Origin: Malacoraja senta
Taxonomy: Eukaryota
Direction: 5' to 3'
Length of the DNA stretch: 64,000 nt
Assembly: GCA_038087875.1 (NCBI GenBank)
Contig: JAXLNO010000385.1
Location: forward strand, 310,001-374,000
The position numbers and the translations under genes are program-made. This document shows positions 1 to 13,682 of this stretch, piece by piece. The notes beneath the pieces were generated by a model. It ran no database searches, had not been told where the DNA came from, and saw only the letters and a list, made by a program, of their open reading frames with translations. The stretch's first letter is position 1; the number at the start of each line of letters is the position of its first letter.

Positions 1-222
1 ATTTATGGAATTCCCTGCCACAGAGGGCAGTGGAGGCCAAATCACTGGATGGATTTATGAGAGAGTTAGATAGAGCTCTAGGGGCTAGTGGAGTCAAGGG
101 ATATGGGGAGAAGGCAGGCACGGGTTATTGATAGGGGACGATCAGCCATGATCACAATGAATGGCGGTGCTGGCTCGAAGGGCCGAATGGCCTCCTCCTG
201 CACCTGTTGTCTATGTTTCTAT
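1..222 (+). mobile_element. CR1/HER1-type LINE 3' end
   Basis: Encodes the WNSLPQRAVEA..F.RELD ORF2 C-terminus, then the 3'UTR gatcagccatgatc...gaagggccgaatggcc and a (tctatgtt)-type tail shared with many copies in the window. Confidence 0.85.
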
Positions 223-444
223 GATCCAGGCAGCAAACGGTCGATGGTCGCACCACCGTACCCGCGTGTCCTGGGAGGGAAGTCGCGGTGTCCACGGGGT
301 ATCTGGAAGCATTCCCTGAACGCCGGTCGCGGCGGGGGAGGGGGGTCGGGAGCATTGTAGATAAAGACGCCATTATTGTATAACTAGACTAAGCCTTCTA
401 GACGATGTTGGCCTTGGGCCGGGGATCTCTGGAGCAGAGTTCCC

Positions 445-856
445 ACCAAAGATCCCACCGCGAGCAAGATAGTGCACTCGACAAAAAAGACGTCGTGCGG
501 TCATGGGCAGATCCATGGGTGATTTTCGGCCCCATTTCCGTAACCGGCTTCCGTCTCCGCACCAAAGATCCCATCAAAGTGGAGCAAAGATAACTAGTGT
601 GGAGACGGAAGCCGGTTTACGGAAACATCCTCGTAAACATAAAAGTTCTTTGGTGAAAAATCTTCTCATTTTCAGAATTATAATTTATTAACACAAACTG
701 CTCTCCCGCAACGTTGATTACACTGCGGGTCGGGTCGGGTCGGGTTACGGAAATGGATGAAAAAAAAGGCCCGCGTTCCGCTCCGTTGCGTACTACCCGT
801 CAGCCCATTGCATTTTGCAGGAGTGGTCTATCTTGCTCCGCTATAGAAACTTTGGT
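445..856. mobile_element. Putative MITE with ~28-bp imperfect TIRs
   Basis: accaaagatcccaccgcgagcaagatag at 445 matches the reverse complement of ctatcttgctccgctatagaaactttggt ending at 856. There is an internal hairpin at 538-623 and no clear TSD. Confidence 0.45.
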
Positions 857-1039
857 TCCGACCGCCAGCCGCGGCCTACCTCATCTGGAAGCCGCGGTCT
901 CCGTAGGAAGCGCCGATTCGGAGGTTTGTGGTCCCGACCACGGGGGGAAAATGGAGGAGGACGGACTGTACTCTGTGTCTTCCACCACAGTGAATAATGT
1001 CCGAGACACTACATTAGGCTTGTCTTGGCGGAAAAAACA

Positions 1040-2430
1040 GATCAATTCCCGTTACTGAATTTTTACAATAACAGAATGGTTAAACACAAATTTAAATCTA
1101 AATCCAATGCCAGGATTGGGGGGGGGGGGGGGAGGGGAAGCTATATCTCCATTTCTTCTTTTCTTATTTACTTTTCTTTCTCCTGCACTGCCTCGGCAGC
1201 TTAGGGGTCTTTTTCCCGCTCTTTTCTACTTTATCTAGATATGTTACAAAACTTACCTTCAGTCGCGTTGTAATTCTGCCACTGGCCGTGTGCGCGATTT
1301 TGGCGCCTTTAAGGGGGGGGCGGGGTTAAAACGCGGTTTCTCCTCCCTTGTCCTGAATTATATTTCGTTGGAGTACAAGCGTTTGCTGACAAATCGTTCC
1401 TAGCGGCGTTTTGTGAATTTTTTATTTTTATTAAATTGTCAATGTCAGCGCTAGAGTAATTTTAAAAGCAGCTCCTGAAACGTCAACGCCGATAACGGGG
1501 ACGGATTTCACACACGGGACAGGTAAACAAAAGTGGTTTCTTTAAATGTATAAAAGTGCTTCTTAAGAAGCCTTTAATTCAAATTTTTTCATGCGACACT
1601 GATTTTATTCCCCGATCTAACGGCAGTATTTTTCATGCCAATACGGGGTTAAATTCACCGCAAATGAACGTTACAAAAGATCGCGTTCCAGAAATCCTCA
1701 CTCACAAGATGATTTAAATACCCATTAATTTACAGGTATTAAACATTCAATTCCTTCCATTTGGCTATAAATTCATGAAAATGAGATTTAAAAATTATGT
1801 TATATTGTGAATTATTGTGTGAATGTTATTTGGACACAGGCTATTTAAAATGTTAATCTATTCTTAAGAAATTGATAGATGTTTAGATCTAGTAATTGAA
1901 TTTTGTAAATAGCTACAATTAGGTAACTATCTAATTATATGCTTTACTTTCATGTCTTCTAAGTAAGATTGTTTCATATTTGTTTCAGAATGCTTCAATC
2001 TATAATAACTGAACATTTCTTTCAGTTATCTTAATTTTTAAGAAAGTTATGGGCTTTTAACTGTCCTCGATCACAGCTTTTGTGTTAAGTCAATGGAAAA
2101 GCAATAGGGAACAAGATGCTAATTTCCGAGTATGAAAATGGCCATAACTTCTTTAATACTGAAGATATGAAAGTGAATTAGGTGTCAAATTAAACTTCCT
2201 TTTATGCTTTATCTGATGGGATAAATTGCAGACTTTATTTTTAAAATCTCAAATTTTGTAACATTGCTACTTTATCTCTTCATTCTTTTTTTTCTTCTTT
2301 CATTGTTTTCCTTTTTTATTTTAAAATTAGGTTATAAGGTTAAAAATGAATCTGTACAATAATTGTTCTGCCGATCGTCTTATCCTTGTACAATTGCTTC
2401 TAATAAAAAACATTTAAAAAACAAAAAAAA
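1040..2430 (+). mobile_element. L1-like LINE 3'UTR/poly(A) relic, split by a DNA transposon
   Basis: Pyrimidine-rich UTR ending cttctaataaaaaacatttaaaaaacaaaaaaaa, the same style as the L1 tail at 37380-37669. Confidence 0.5.
1237..2268. mobile_element. Non-autonomous DNA transposon (~1.03 kb) with TIRs and TSD
   Basis: TIR agatatgttacaaaactt vs reverse complement agcaatgttacaaaattt (15/18). Direct repeat actttatct at 1228-1236 and 2269-2277. No ORF. Confidence 0.75.
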
Positions 2431-2515
2431 TTTATTGTGTGCGCTTTTTGTTGTACCGCTGCTGGCAAATTCATTTCACTGCACTTCATTTGTGTATGTG
2501 TCGAATAAATCTGAC

Positions 2516-3545
2516 TATCGACTAAGTGGGGCCCGTTGGGTCCCAGTCACATGGGAGGCCTGGTCCCCCCAACGCAACCCACTATTCCACCACTCACCCG
2601 ATCCCCCAATTCAATATTCCACCACACACCCATAGCAATATTCCACCACTCACCCGATCCCCCAATTTAATATTCCACCACTCACCCATAGCCCCTAACT
2701 GCGCAGGCGCGGCTGACGGGTTCCCGTTGTGACGCCCCTAATCCCCCCTCCTCCCCTCACCCCCCCTGACTCCGCCTCTTGCCCTCCCCCTCCCAGGCAC
2801 TCACTTCAAACTCCCCATCGACTCATAGCGCAGATATTCCCGCCCTTTGGGTTCTCATTGTGATGTAGAACACGCAGGTATTATTGACGGGAACGGCAAG
2901 TGGAAAAGGGATTTATTCAAGCTTAAAATGTGAATAACTCTTAAAATAGAACAACAATTTAAACGTTAAAGAGATTTATTCAGTCCATTCTTTCTTGTTG
3001 CGTTCTGCAGCGGGGGGACGGCTTCAGGCGGGGGCTGTCGGTGGCCGGTGGGGGGGTGGGGAAGAGCGACCTGCAGCCGGGGGAGGGGGATGGATTCAGG
3101 TGGGGGCTACGCTGGCCTGTCGCTGCCGTGGCCAGCCGCTGCCGCTCCCCACTGGCTTCAGGCGGGGTTCGGTGGGGGAGTGTACTGCAGCTGGGGACAG
3201 TTTCAGGCGGATGCTGGTGGGGGAGGTGGGAGCGTCCTGCAGCCGGGGGAGGGGGGCGGCTTCAGGCGGGGGCTGTCGGGGGCCGGTGGGGAGGGGGAGG
3301 GGAATGCTGCCGTGGCCAATCGGCTTCAGGCGGGGGCTGTTGGGGAGCATTCAGCAGCTGGGGATGGGATGGCTTCAGGCGGGGGCCAGTAGGGGGCCAG
3401 CTTCCCACAGCCAAGGGGAGGGGGACGGCTTCAGGCGGGGGCTACCGTGGCCTACCGCTGCCGTGTGGGGTGGGGGAAGGGGTGTGGGGGCGGGGTGGTT
3501 GTGGGGGAAGCGGCCCGTGTGGGCAAGGGAGGGGGTTGTGTGTGC
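2516..3545 (-). mobile_element. Helitron-like non-autonomous element, 3' portion
   Basis: Terminal hairpin ggggcccgttgggtccc beside a degenerate actagactaag. The body matches 23190-23309 in the opposite orientation. The GC-rich ggcttcaggcggggg repeats are the reverse complement of those at 28800-29840. Confidence 0.55.
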
Positions 3546-3579
3546 GGAGGGTGTTTGGGCGTTGCGGGGTGTGGGGGGG

Positions 3580-3697
3580 TGGTGTGTGGGGTGTGTGTGT
3601 GTGTGTGGGGTGTGTGTGTGTGTGTGTGGGGGGGGGGTGGGGTGTGTGTGTGTGTGTGTGTGGGGTGTGTGGTGTGTGTGTGGGGTGTGTGTGTGTG

Positions 3698-3728
<31 letters not shown>

Positions 3729-4013
3729 GGGGGGGGGGGTGGGGTGTGTGGGGTGTGTGTGTGTGTGTGGGGTGTGTGTGTGTGTGTATGTGTGTGGGGT
3801 GTGTGTGTGTGTGTGTGTGGGGGGGGGGTGGGGTGTGTGTGTGTGTGTGTGTGGGGTGTGTGTGTGTGTGTGTGGGGTGTGTGTGTGTGTGTGTGTGTGT
3901 GGGGTGTGTGTGTGTGTGTGTGTGGGGTGTGTGTGTGTGTGTGTGTGTGTGGGGTGTGTGTGTGTGTGTGTTTGTGTGTGTGTGGGGTGTGTGTGTGTGT
4001 GCGTGTGTGTGTG

Positions 4014-4049
<36 letters not shown>

Positions 4050-4122
4050 GTGGGGTGTGTGTGTGTGTGTGTGTGTGTGGGTGTGTGTGTGTGTGTGTGT
4101 GGGGTGTGTGTGTGTGTGTGTG

Positions 4123-4169
<47 letters not shown>

Positions 4170-4191
4170 TGTGTGTGTGTGTGTGTGTGTG

Positions 4192-4246
<55 letters not shown>

Positions 4247-4315
4247 GTGTGTGTGTGTGTGTGTGTGTGTGGGGGGTATGTGTGTGTGTGGGCTGTGTGT
4301 GTGTGTGTGTGTGTG
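3580..4315. repeat. (GT)n microsatellite punctuated by GGGG runs
   Basis: Directly visible. Confidence 0.97.
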
Positions 4316-4719
4316 GGCGGGGGGTGTTTGGTCATTGCGGGGTGTGGGGGGGAGAGAGCTCGGAGAAACGACGGGGGCTGTGGGGGAGAGGGGGGTGGGT
4401 ATAATGGGGGGAGGGGGGCAGGAGCCAGCGAGGGGGACCAGAGGGGAAGGGGAAGGGGTGGAGCTGACGGTGTGATGGGGACACATAGCGGGCGATGGTC
4501 GCCGGTCGTTCTCCGCTGAGATCAGATTCCCTGCGTTCCGTTTGGCGACATTTCCCGCGCTGCGCTGGGCTGGGCTGGGCCCGGTTGGAGACGACCGCCG
4601 GCCATCCAGGGCTTCCCTTAGCTCCAGTAAAGACGCGATGGCGCGGGAAGGAGCGGGACGTCCCGCAGAGCGACAGGAGACTGATCCACACAGCGCTGAA
4701 CGGCAGGAGAGGAGATCGG

Positions 4720-4721
<2 letters not shown>

Positions 4722-4799
<78 letters not shown>

Positions 4800-4845
4800 G
4801 TCTATCCCTCTCTCTCTCTCTCTCTCTCTCCCCTCTCTCTCTCAC

Positions 4846-4895
<50 letters not shown>

Positions 4896-4985
4896 ACTGT
4901 TTCTCTCTCTCACTCTCTGTCTGTCTCTCTCTCTCTCACCCCTTTCTCTCACATCTCTCTCTCTGTCTCTCTCTCTATCTCGCCC

Positions 4986-5016
<31 letters not shown>

Positions 5017-5039
5017 CACCCTCTCTCTCTGTCTCTCTC

Positions 5040-5075
<36 letters not shown>

Positions 5076-5222
5076 ATTGCATTCTCTCTCTCTATTTCTC
5101 ACTCCCTCTCTCTCTCTCACTCTCTCTGTGTGTCTCTCTCTCTCTCTCTCTCACACTCTCTCTCTCTCTTTCACTCTCTCTCTGACTCTCTAACACACTC
5201 TCTCTGTCTGGCTCTCTCTCTA

Positions 5223-5274
<52 letters not shown>

Positions 5275-5290
5275 CCTCTCTCTCTTCTTC
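4722..5290. repeat. (CT)n microsatellite
   Basis: Directly visible. Confidence 0.97.
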
Positions 5291-5630
5291 TTGCGTGTGG
5301 CGTGCACGGCCTAAAGTTGTAGGACAACTTGTTCTATTTGATTGTGCACGCCAGGTTGATTGCATTCGTCGAAACAGGGCAGCCACGCGAAGGTTGCAAT
5401 CTCCCCACCCCTGTCTCTCGCTCACTCCTCTCTCCCTCTCTCCCTCACCCCCCTCTCTCCTCCCTCCCTCCCTCCTTCTCCTCCCTCCCCTCCCTCTCTC
5501 CCCCCCTCTCACTTCCCCCCTCTCCCTCCCCCTCCCTCACTGTGAGGCCACTCTCAGGGGGCTGTGGACCTGAGCTCCTAGATCTCACTGATTGCAGCAG
5601 GGAGGGTGGGGATGGGACGAGAGAGACAGA

Positions 5631-6101
5631 AATCTAGGCCCTAAACTCAAATCTAGGCCCTAAAACGCAAATCTAGGCCCTGAACTCAAATCTAGGCCCT
5701 AAACGCAAATCTAGGCCCGAAACTCAAATCTAGGCACAAAACTCAAATCTAGGCCCTAAACTCAAATCTAGGCCCTAAACTGAAATCATGGCTTTAAACT
5801 CAAATCAAGGCAGTCAAATCTAGGCCCTAAACTCAAATCTCAGCCCTAAACAAATCAAGGCCGTCAAATCTAGGCCCTAAACTCAAGTCTAGGCCCTAAA
5901 CTCAAATCTAGACCTTATACGCAAATCTAGGTCCTAAACTCAAATCTATGCCCTAAACTCAAATCTAGGCCCTAAACTCAAATCTAGACCCTAAACTCAA
6001 ATCTAGGCCCTAAACTCAAATCTAGGCCCTAAACTCAAATCTAGACCCTAAACTAAATTCTAGGCCCTAATCTCAAATCAAGGCAGTCAAATCTAGGCCA
6101 T
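5631..6101. repeat. 19-bp minisatellite (aaatctaggccctaaactc)n
   Basis: Roughly two dozen tandem units, with two further degenerate units at 6218-6260. Confidence 0.95.
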
Positions 6102-6175
6102 AGCCAGGGGAGGCTGTGGGGAGCGGGAGAGACGAGGAGTGGGGAGAGAGATGGGTAGGGGGAGAGAGAGAGAGA

Positions 6176-6211
<36 letters not shown>

Positions 6212-6604
6212 AGCGATTTAGGCCCAAAATCCAAATCTAGGTCCCGAACTCAAATCTAGGCATTAGCACGAGAGGGGAGAGAGAGAGAAGATGGGAAGGG
6301 GGAGAGGGGGAGAGGGAGGGGGAGAGATGGGGAGAGTGGCGTATCGATCCATCGAGCCACCGCCAGGACAAGAGATGGGGAGCTCACGGATCCCGATCCA
6401 GTAAACGGATTGTGGATCATGGCTGCCCACAAACTTCTAGAAGAGGCAGAGAGGGAATGGGTGATGGTCCATCGGCATAAAACCGTCACACACACACACA
6501 CACACACGCACGCACACACGCACACACACGCACGCACGCACACACATACACACACACATGCACGCACGCACAAACACACACACACACACACACACGCACA
6601 TGAA

Positions 6605-6636
<32 letters not shown>

Positions 6637-6799
6637 ACACACACACACATGCACGCACGCACACACGCACGTAGCCCAGATATATTTCCACCAGTGACAC
6701 CATTGTCAACATCTGCCTCGTGCTGATCCACTGTAGATGATTGGACATGATGTGTTGGAAAGAACAGTAGATGCTGGTTTAAATGGAAGGTTGATACAA

Positions 6800-7325
6800 A
6801 AGAAGGAAATACATTCTTGCCATAGAGGGAGTACAGAGAAGGTTCACCAGACTGATTCCTGGGATGGCAGGACTTTCATATGAGAAAGACTGGATAGACT
6901 CGGCTTGTACCCGCTAGAATTTAGAAGATTGAGGGGGGATCTTATAGAAACATACAAAATCCTTAAGGGGTTGGACAGGCTAGATGCAGGAAGATTGTTC
7001 CCGATGTTGGGGAAGTCCAGAACAAGAGGTCACAGTTTAAAGATAAGGCGGGAGTCTTTAAGGACCGAGATGAGAAAAACATTTTTCACACAGAGAGTGG
7101 TGAATCTCTGGAATTCTCTGCCACAGAAGGTAGTTGAGGCCAGTTCATTGGCTATATTTAAGAGGGAGTTAGATGTGGCCCTTGTGGCTAAAGGGATCAG
7201 AGGGTATGTAGAGAAGGCAGGTACAGGATACTGAGTTGGATGATCAGCCATGATCATGTTGAATGGCAGTGCAGGCTCGACGGGCCGAATGGCCCAACTC
7301 CTGCACCCTATTGTCTATGTTTCTA
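6800..7325 (+). mobile_element. CR1/HER1 LINE 3' fragment
   Basis: ORF 6905-7234 LEFRRLRGDLIETYKI...FFTQRVVNLWNSLP, followed by the 3'UTR tail. Confidence 0.9.
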
Positions 7326-7843
7326 TCAATGTGATCAGTGATGGGCCTGGATTACCTGTGACATTTCATTAAATCTTGACACATGACGTAAAATAAATAA
7401 ACCTTTCATTTTATTTCAAATGTTCGACTATGAAGGGTTAACTCTAGCTCAGTATCCATAATTAATTTCATATTTAATGAGCGTATTGCAGCTCGATCCA
7501 CGCAGGCAAAGACGGCAGGTGATGATGCATTAATTTGATATTTTCATCTTAACTAACACTTCGGAGAAATACTAAATAGCTCTCTCGGGTACACAATTGA
7601 AAGTACAGCAGAAAATGCAGGAAAACTTAAAATGCCGCTCTGATCAGCGAACGGGGGAATTGAGTAACCCTTCGTCCAGCGGAGAATATTAGTTCCAGCC
7701 GGTTCAATCTGCAGTCTATTTTGTATTGAACTACTTCAGACCAGTGGACAGGTAGATGTGAATTCAAACCCACGGACCAGACAGCAAGGTGGGTCTGAGA
7801 GCAAATGACCGACTCACCCGTCTGCAATGTCCACAGTGGTTTA

Positions 7844-8258
7844 GAAACATAGAAAGATAGAAAATAGGTGCAGGAGTAGGCCTTTTGGCCCTTCGAGCCA
7901 GCACCACATGATCATGGCTGATCATCCTAAATCAGTACCCCGTTCCTGCTTTCTCCCCATATCACTTTATTCCGTTAGCCCTGAGCTACTTCTAACTCCA
8001 TCGTGAAAACATCCAGCGAATTGGCCTCCACTTCCTTCTGTGGCAGAGAATCCCACAGATTCACAACTCTCTGGGTGAAAACGTGTTTTCTCATCTTAGT
8101 CCGAAATGACCGACCCCTTATTCTTAAACTGGGTGTGGCCCCTGGTTCTGGACTCCCCCAACATCGGGAACATTTTTCCTGCATCTCGCCTGTCCAATCC
8201 CTGAATAACTGTGTATGTTTCTATAAGATATCCTCTCATCCTTCAAATCTCCAGTGAA
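7844..8258 (-). mobile_element. CR1/HER1 LINE 3' fragment
   Basis: Minus ORF 7975-8184 FTQRVVNLWDSLP and a tagaaacatagaa tail. Confidence 0.85.
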
Positions 8259-8289
8259 TTTAGAGAGATCTCTCACACACTCAATCTGT

Positions 8290-9050
8290 TAGGTTAGGTA
8301 AGGGGGAGGTACAGCGAGACCTGTGTGTCCTTGTGCGACGGTCACTGAAAGTTGGCGTGCAGGTACAGCAGGCAGTGAATAAAACTAATGGAATGTTGGC
8401 CTTCATAACAAGATGATTTCAGTATAGGAGTAAAGGGGTCCTTCTGCAGTTGTATAGGGCCCTGGTAAGACCACATCTGGAGTGTTGTGTACAGTTTTGG
8501 TCTCCTAATTTGAGGAAGGACATCCTTGTGATTGAGGCAGTGCAGCGTAGGTTCACGAGATTGATCCCTGGGATGGCGGGACTGTCATATGAGGAAAGAT
8601 TGAAAAGACTGGGCTTGTATTCACTGGAGTTTTAGAAGGATGAGGGGGAAATCTTATAGAAACATATAAAATATAAAAGGACTGACAAGCTAGATGCAGG
8701 AAAAATGTTCCCAATGTTGGGCGAGTCCAGAACCAGTGGCCAGACACAGTCTTAGAATAAAGGGGAGGCCATTTAAGACTGAGGTGAGAAAAAACGTTTT
8801 CACCCAGAGAGTTGTGAATTTATGGAATACCCTGCCACAGAGGGCAGTGGAGGCCAAGTCACTGGATGGATTTAAGAGAGAGTTAGATAGAGCTCTAGGG
8901 GCTAGTGGAGTCAAGGGATATGGGGAGAAGGCAGGCACGGGTTATTGATAGGGGACGATCAGCCATGATCACAATGAATGGCGGTGCAGGCTCGAAGGGC
9001 CAAATGGCCTCCTCCTGCACCTATTGTCTATGTTCTATGTTTCTATGTAT
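8290..9050 (+). mobile_element. CR1/HER1 LINE 3' fragment, frameshifted
   Basis: [28 protein letters not shown] and VVNLWNTLP motifs. Confidence 0.9.
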
Positions 9051-9510
9051 TTCTGTGCCTATATATCAATTAATTTAAGAGAGTATTTCTCCCTCTGTTA
9101 TGTGTATATCTGGGACATAGAGACTGAAAGAACACTTCAATGGTCAGGGATATTTAAAAATTAGCAACCTATTTGACAGGCAGTTATATTATTTTTAATA
9201 TATATTATTTTGTTGTTTACTCTGCCCCTTTGAGAAAATTAGACACCTATTGATGTTTAATTCCTCAGATTTCCAGGCTGTAGTTCAGTTTGAGGACAGT
9301 GAAGCAAGCACCTGTTGGACACTTGCGAGGGAGATGACCGATGGGCCTCCGTTGTTAGTAACAACACCACCCAATATAGTGTCGCCACTGTTGTGCAGTC
9401 AGTTGTGTGTCTGCTGTGGGGCTACAACTCGGGAGGCCGATGACAGACAGAGCACATTTGAGATTACAGGTAGACAAAAATTCTGGAGAAACTCAGCGGG
9501 TGCAGCAGCA

Positions 9511-9783
9511 TAGAAACATAGAAACATAGAAACATAGAAAATAGGTGCAGGAGTAGGCCATTCGGCCCTTCGAGCCTGCACCGCCATTCAATATGATCAT
9601 GGCTGATCATCCAACTCAGTATCCTGTACCTGCCTTCTCTCCATATCCCCTGATCCCTTTAGCCACAAGGGCCACGTCTAACTCCCTCTTAAATATAGCC
9701 AATGAACTGGCCTCAACTACCTTCTGTGGCAGAGAATTCCACAGATTCACCACTCTCTGTGTGAAAATGTTTTTCTCATCTCA
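9511..9783 (-). mobile_element. CR1/HER1 LINE 3' end
   Basis: (catagaaa)n tail and reverse complement of the 7080-7325 sequence. Confidence 0.85.
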
Positions 9784-9789
9784 TTGAGA

Positions 9790-10760
<971 letters not shown>

Positions 10761-10863
10761 GCCTGCTCAATAAGAAATGGTTAAGATCTTCAAATTCCTT
10801 GGAATTAATATTACCAATCATTACCAAGTCTGACTCCATCAAAACGATAGCAGGCAGCCTTGG

Positions 10864-11045
10864 ATGCCTAACCTACTTAGTCAAACCGCATGTCAAAAAC
10901 TTGTCGTGATATTTGACTCCGCATTGAAGTTTGACAAGGAAGTCAACGCTGTGGTAGAAGTTGGATACTTCCAGCTTCGTACAATAGCTAAAACCAAATC
11001 CTTCCTTAAATTCGACGACATTGAAAAAAAACATCCACGCATCCA
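10864..11045 (+). mobile_element. L2-clade LINE RT fragment
   Basis: KLVVIFDSALKFDKEVNAVVEVGYFQLRTIAK resembles the L2 NLGVIFD..L.F...I..V.....F.LR.I.K motif. Confidence 0.7.
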
Positions 11046-11203
11046 CGCTGCTCCCGTCCGGCTAAAGGTACAGAGGCTTGAACGCGCGCACCACCACACT
11101 AAGAAACCTATTTTCCCACTCTGCTATTATGTTTCCTGACGGTCCTTCCACAAGCGATGAGTACGCGATTCACCACATCCCCAACGTGGACAGCTGACTT
11201 GGT

Positions 11204-11538
11204 CTTTAGTTTTATTTAGATTTAGTTTTAGAGATGCAGCCCAGAAACAGGCCCTTCGGCCCACCGGGTCGGCGCCGACCAGCGATCCCCGCACATTAAC
11301 ACTATTCTACTCCCACTAGGGACCATTTTTACATTTTCCCCAAGTCAATTAACCTAGAAACCTGCACGTTTTTGGAATGTGGGAGGAAACCGAAGATCTC
11401 GGAGAAAACCCACGCAGGTCACGGGGAGAACGTACAAACTCCGTACAGACAGCACCCGTAATCGGGATCGAACCCGGGTCTCCGGCGCTGCATTCGCTGT
11501 AAGGCAGCAACTCTACCGCTGCACCACCGTGACCGCCC
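11204..11538 (-). mobile_element. tRNA-derived HE1/V-type SINE, full length
   Basis: On the minus strand: A box tggtgcagcgg, B box ggttcgatccc, V-domain ggagtttgtacgttctccccgtg..ggtttcctcccaca, and a LINE-like tail gggccgaagggcctgtttc...(taaa)n. Confidence 0.85.
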
Positions 11539-12085
11539 TTCTATGGGGCTAATGCGCTGCAATGCGAAGGACTAGATTCTAACAATCTTCCCTCTTGATC
11601 GATCAAATGACCTTGTTTTTGATATGATTGTGTTTATTTATTTATTGAACAGCCTTTTTTGTTCCAATAACGGGTAAAACAAACCTTTTCGATTTAACGC
11701 GGTGCACACAAGAATAATAAACACAAATCTGCATTCTGCACCATGGTATTATTTTCTTAACAATGTCATGTGTGCTTGTGTATCAAATATAGACAAATAC
11801 AACTATGGGATTGATTAGGGACGATCAGCCATGATCACAATGAATGGCGGTGCTGGCTCGAAAGGCCGAATGGCCTCCTCCTGCACCTATTGTCTATGAT
11901 TCTATGCAACACAGGGAAAGGCAAAGTCTGGGTCGAACATAATGTCAAGATAAATTAATGTAATCTGCTTACTCAAATTGATGGAGATCTCTCAGGTTTT
12001 TGCATATCCACATGCCCATACAAATGTCTCATAAACTCCATTGATACCAACAGCCTCCACCACCGACACGAGAAGAACATTTCAA

Positions 12086-12350
12086 TAGACAATAGAACAT
12101 AAGTGCAGGAGCAGGCCATTTGGCCCTTCGAGCCAACACCGCCATTCAATGTGATCATGGCTGATCATCCCCAATCAGTAACCCGTTCCTGCCTTCTCCC
12201 CATATCCCCTGACTCCGCTATTTTTAAGAGCTCTATCTATCTCTCTCTTGAAAGATTCCAGAGAACCGGCCTCCACCGCCCTCTGAGGCAGAGAATTCCA
12301 CAGACTCACCACTCTCTGTGAGAAAAAGTGTTTCCTCGTCTCCGTTCTAA
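12086..12350 (-). mobile_element. CR1/HER1 LINE 3' end (paralogue at 61455-61715)
   Basis: Minus ORF FFSQRVVSLWNSLPQRAVEA. Confidence 0.85.
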
Positions 12351-13004
12351 AAAAATTCAGGCATCGGTCACCCTCGACATATAGAAACATGCCCCACACA
12401 TCTCAATTGAACTTTGCCCTCTTCCATCCAGCCTTTGCATTTTCACCAACATGTTAACATTTCAACGCCCTCTCCAAATCCTTTGCATCCTGCAGCGGGG
12501 GGCAGTTCAGTACTCAATGGGTCAGGCAGCATTTGTGATGCGGATAGACAGGCGTTGTTTCTCGATGGGCTATTCCCCCAGATCTTCGCGGTTCCGCTAC
12601 AAAACGCCGTCTGTCCATTCCCTGCACAGTTTCTGCTCGACTCGCAGATTTGCTCCATCAATTTGTGTTTTTCCACGCATTGTGTACGTCGGCTTCAGCT
12701 CATCTGCGGCAAATCTAACGTCGTCAGATATGATGAGAAATGCAGCCGTCAAATAAAGACAGAAAAGGTATGTCATAGCGCGAAGTGTGCCAGTGCCTGT
12801 CCCATTGTACGAGGTAATTCAAGAGCTCTCCCGAGTGGATAAAAATATCAAACTCGTGGTAAGCACGTTGAATGTACGTAGCGGGTACGACGGAGCTCGG
12901 GGACGTCTCTTAGCGGCTCGTACCGATAACGGCGGGTACTCGGGAAACGCGTAAGCTCGTGAAGACTCGTGAAGATTTTTCAACACGTTGAAACGAGAAG
13001 AAAA

Positions 13005-13385
13005 CATATATCACATTTAAAATCAAGTCTCGTTGACCAAAGTGCTGTAGACCAGAGCAGATACTAATGTGCTACATACAATGGTACACAGAGCTAACAA
13101 TACATACACAAACTGTTTGCAGCGCTCACTCAGAGGGCCTCAAAAACGCTATTGGGTAGAAATAGGATTTGAGCCTCGATTTAAAGAAGTCGATGGCGGG
13201 GGTAGTTCTGATGAGGAAAGGGTTGCTGTTCCACAGTCTAGGTGCTGCAACCGCAAAAGCGCGGTCACCCCTGAGCTTAAACCTAGACCGCGAGATAGTC
13301 AGTAGCCCCAAGTCGGCCGACCTGAGGGACCTGGAGGTAGAATGGTGGGTAGAAGATGTTTGATACAGGAGGGGGCAAGCCCGTT
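13005..13385 (-). mobile_element. L2 LINE 3' fragment carried in each duplicon (also 31880-32265, 41020-41227, 63445-63830)
   Basis: GLAPS.I..LL....SRSLRSAD..LL....R.K.RGDRAFAVAAPRLWNS.P..IR......FKSRLKT is a typical L2 ORF2 C-terminus. Confidence 0.85.
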
Positions 13386-13682
13386 AGGGTGATTGGACGG
13401 GTGCATTTATAGGATCGGTTAAAATGAATGTCGGGGAATCGCGGGCAAATGGGACTCGCGTTGACGGCGCATCTCGGTTAGCAGAGACGAATTGAGCCAA
13501 AGTGACAGATTCAGTGATGTATGATTCTATAACTTCCACGAGTGATGGTTCAAATGGCCATTGCAAGCTGTTCCGTGTGAGCATGTGCGTAGTGGAGATT
13601 GTGAGCAGTTGAATGGGAATATTGGGAGGACAAACACTGATGGGAGCAAATGTATGTTGAACTATCGGCGTGGATCAGAGGG

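Noticed and set aside
2995..5573. Long VC/HT/SL-repeat ORFs (also 17680-18279, 26632-28118, 48369-50018, 59007-61316)
   Set aside because: Microsatellite translations.
11455..11538. tRNA-like A/B boxes
   Set aside because: This is the head of a SINE, not a tRNA gene.
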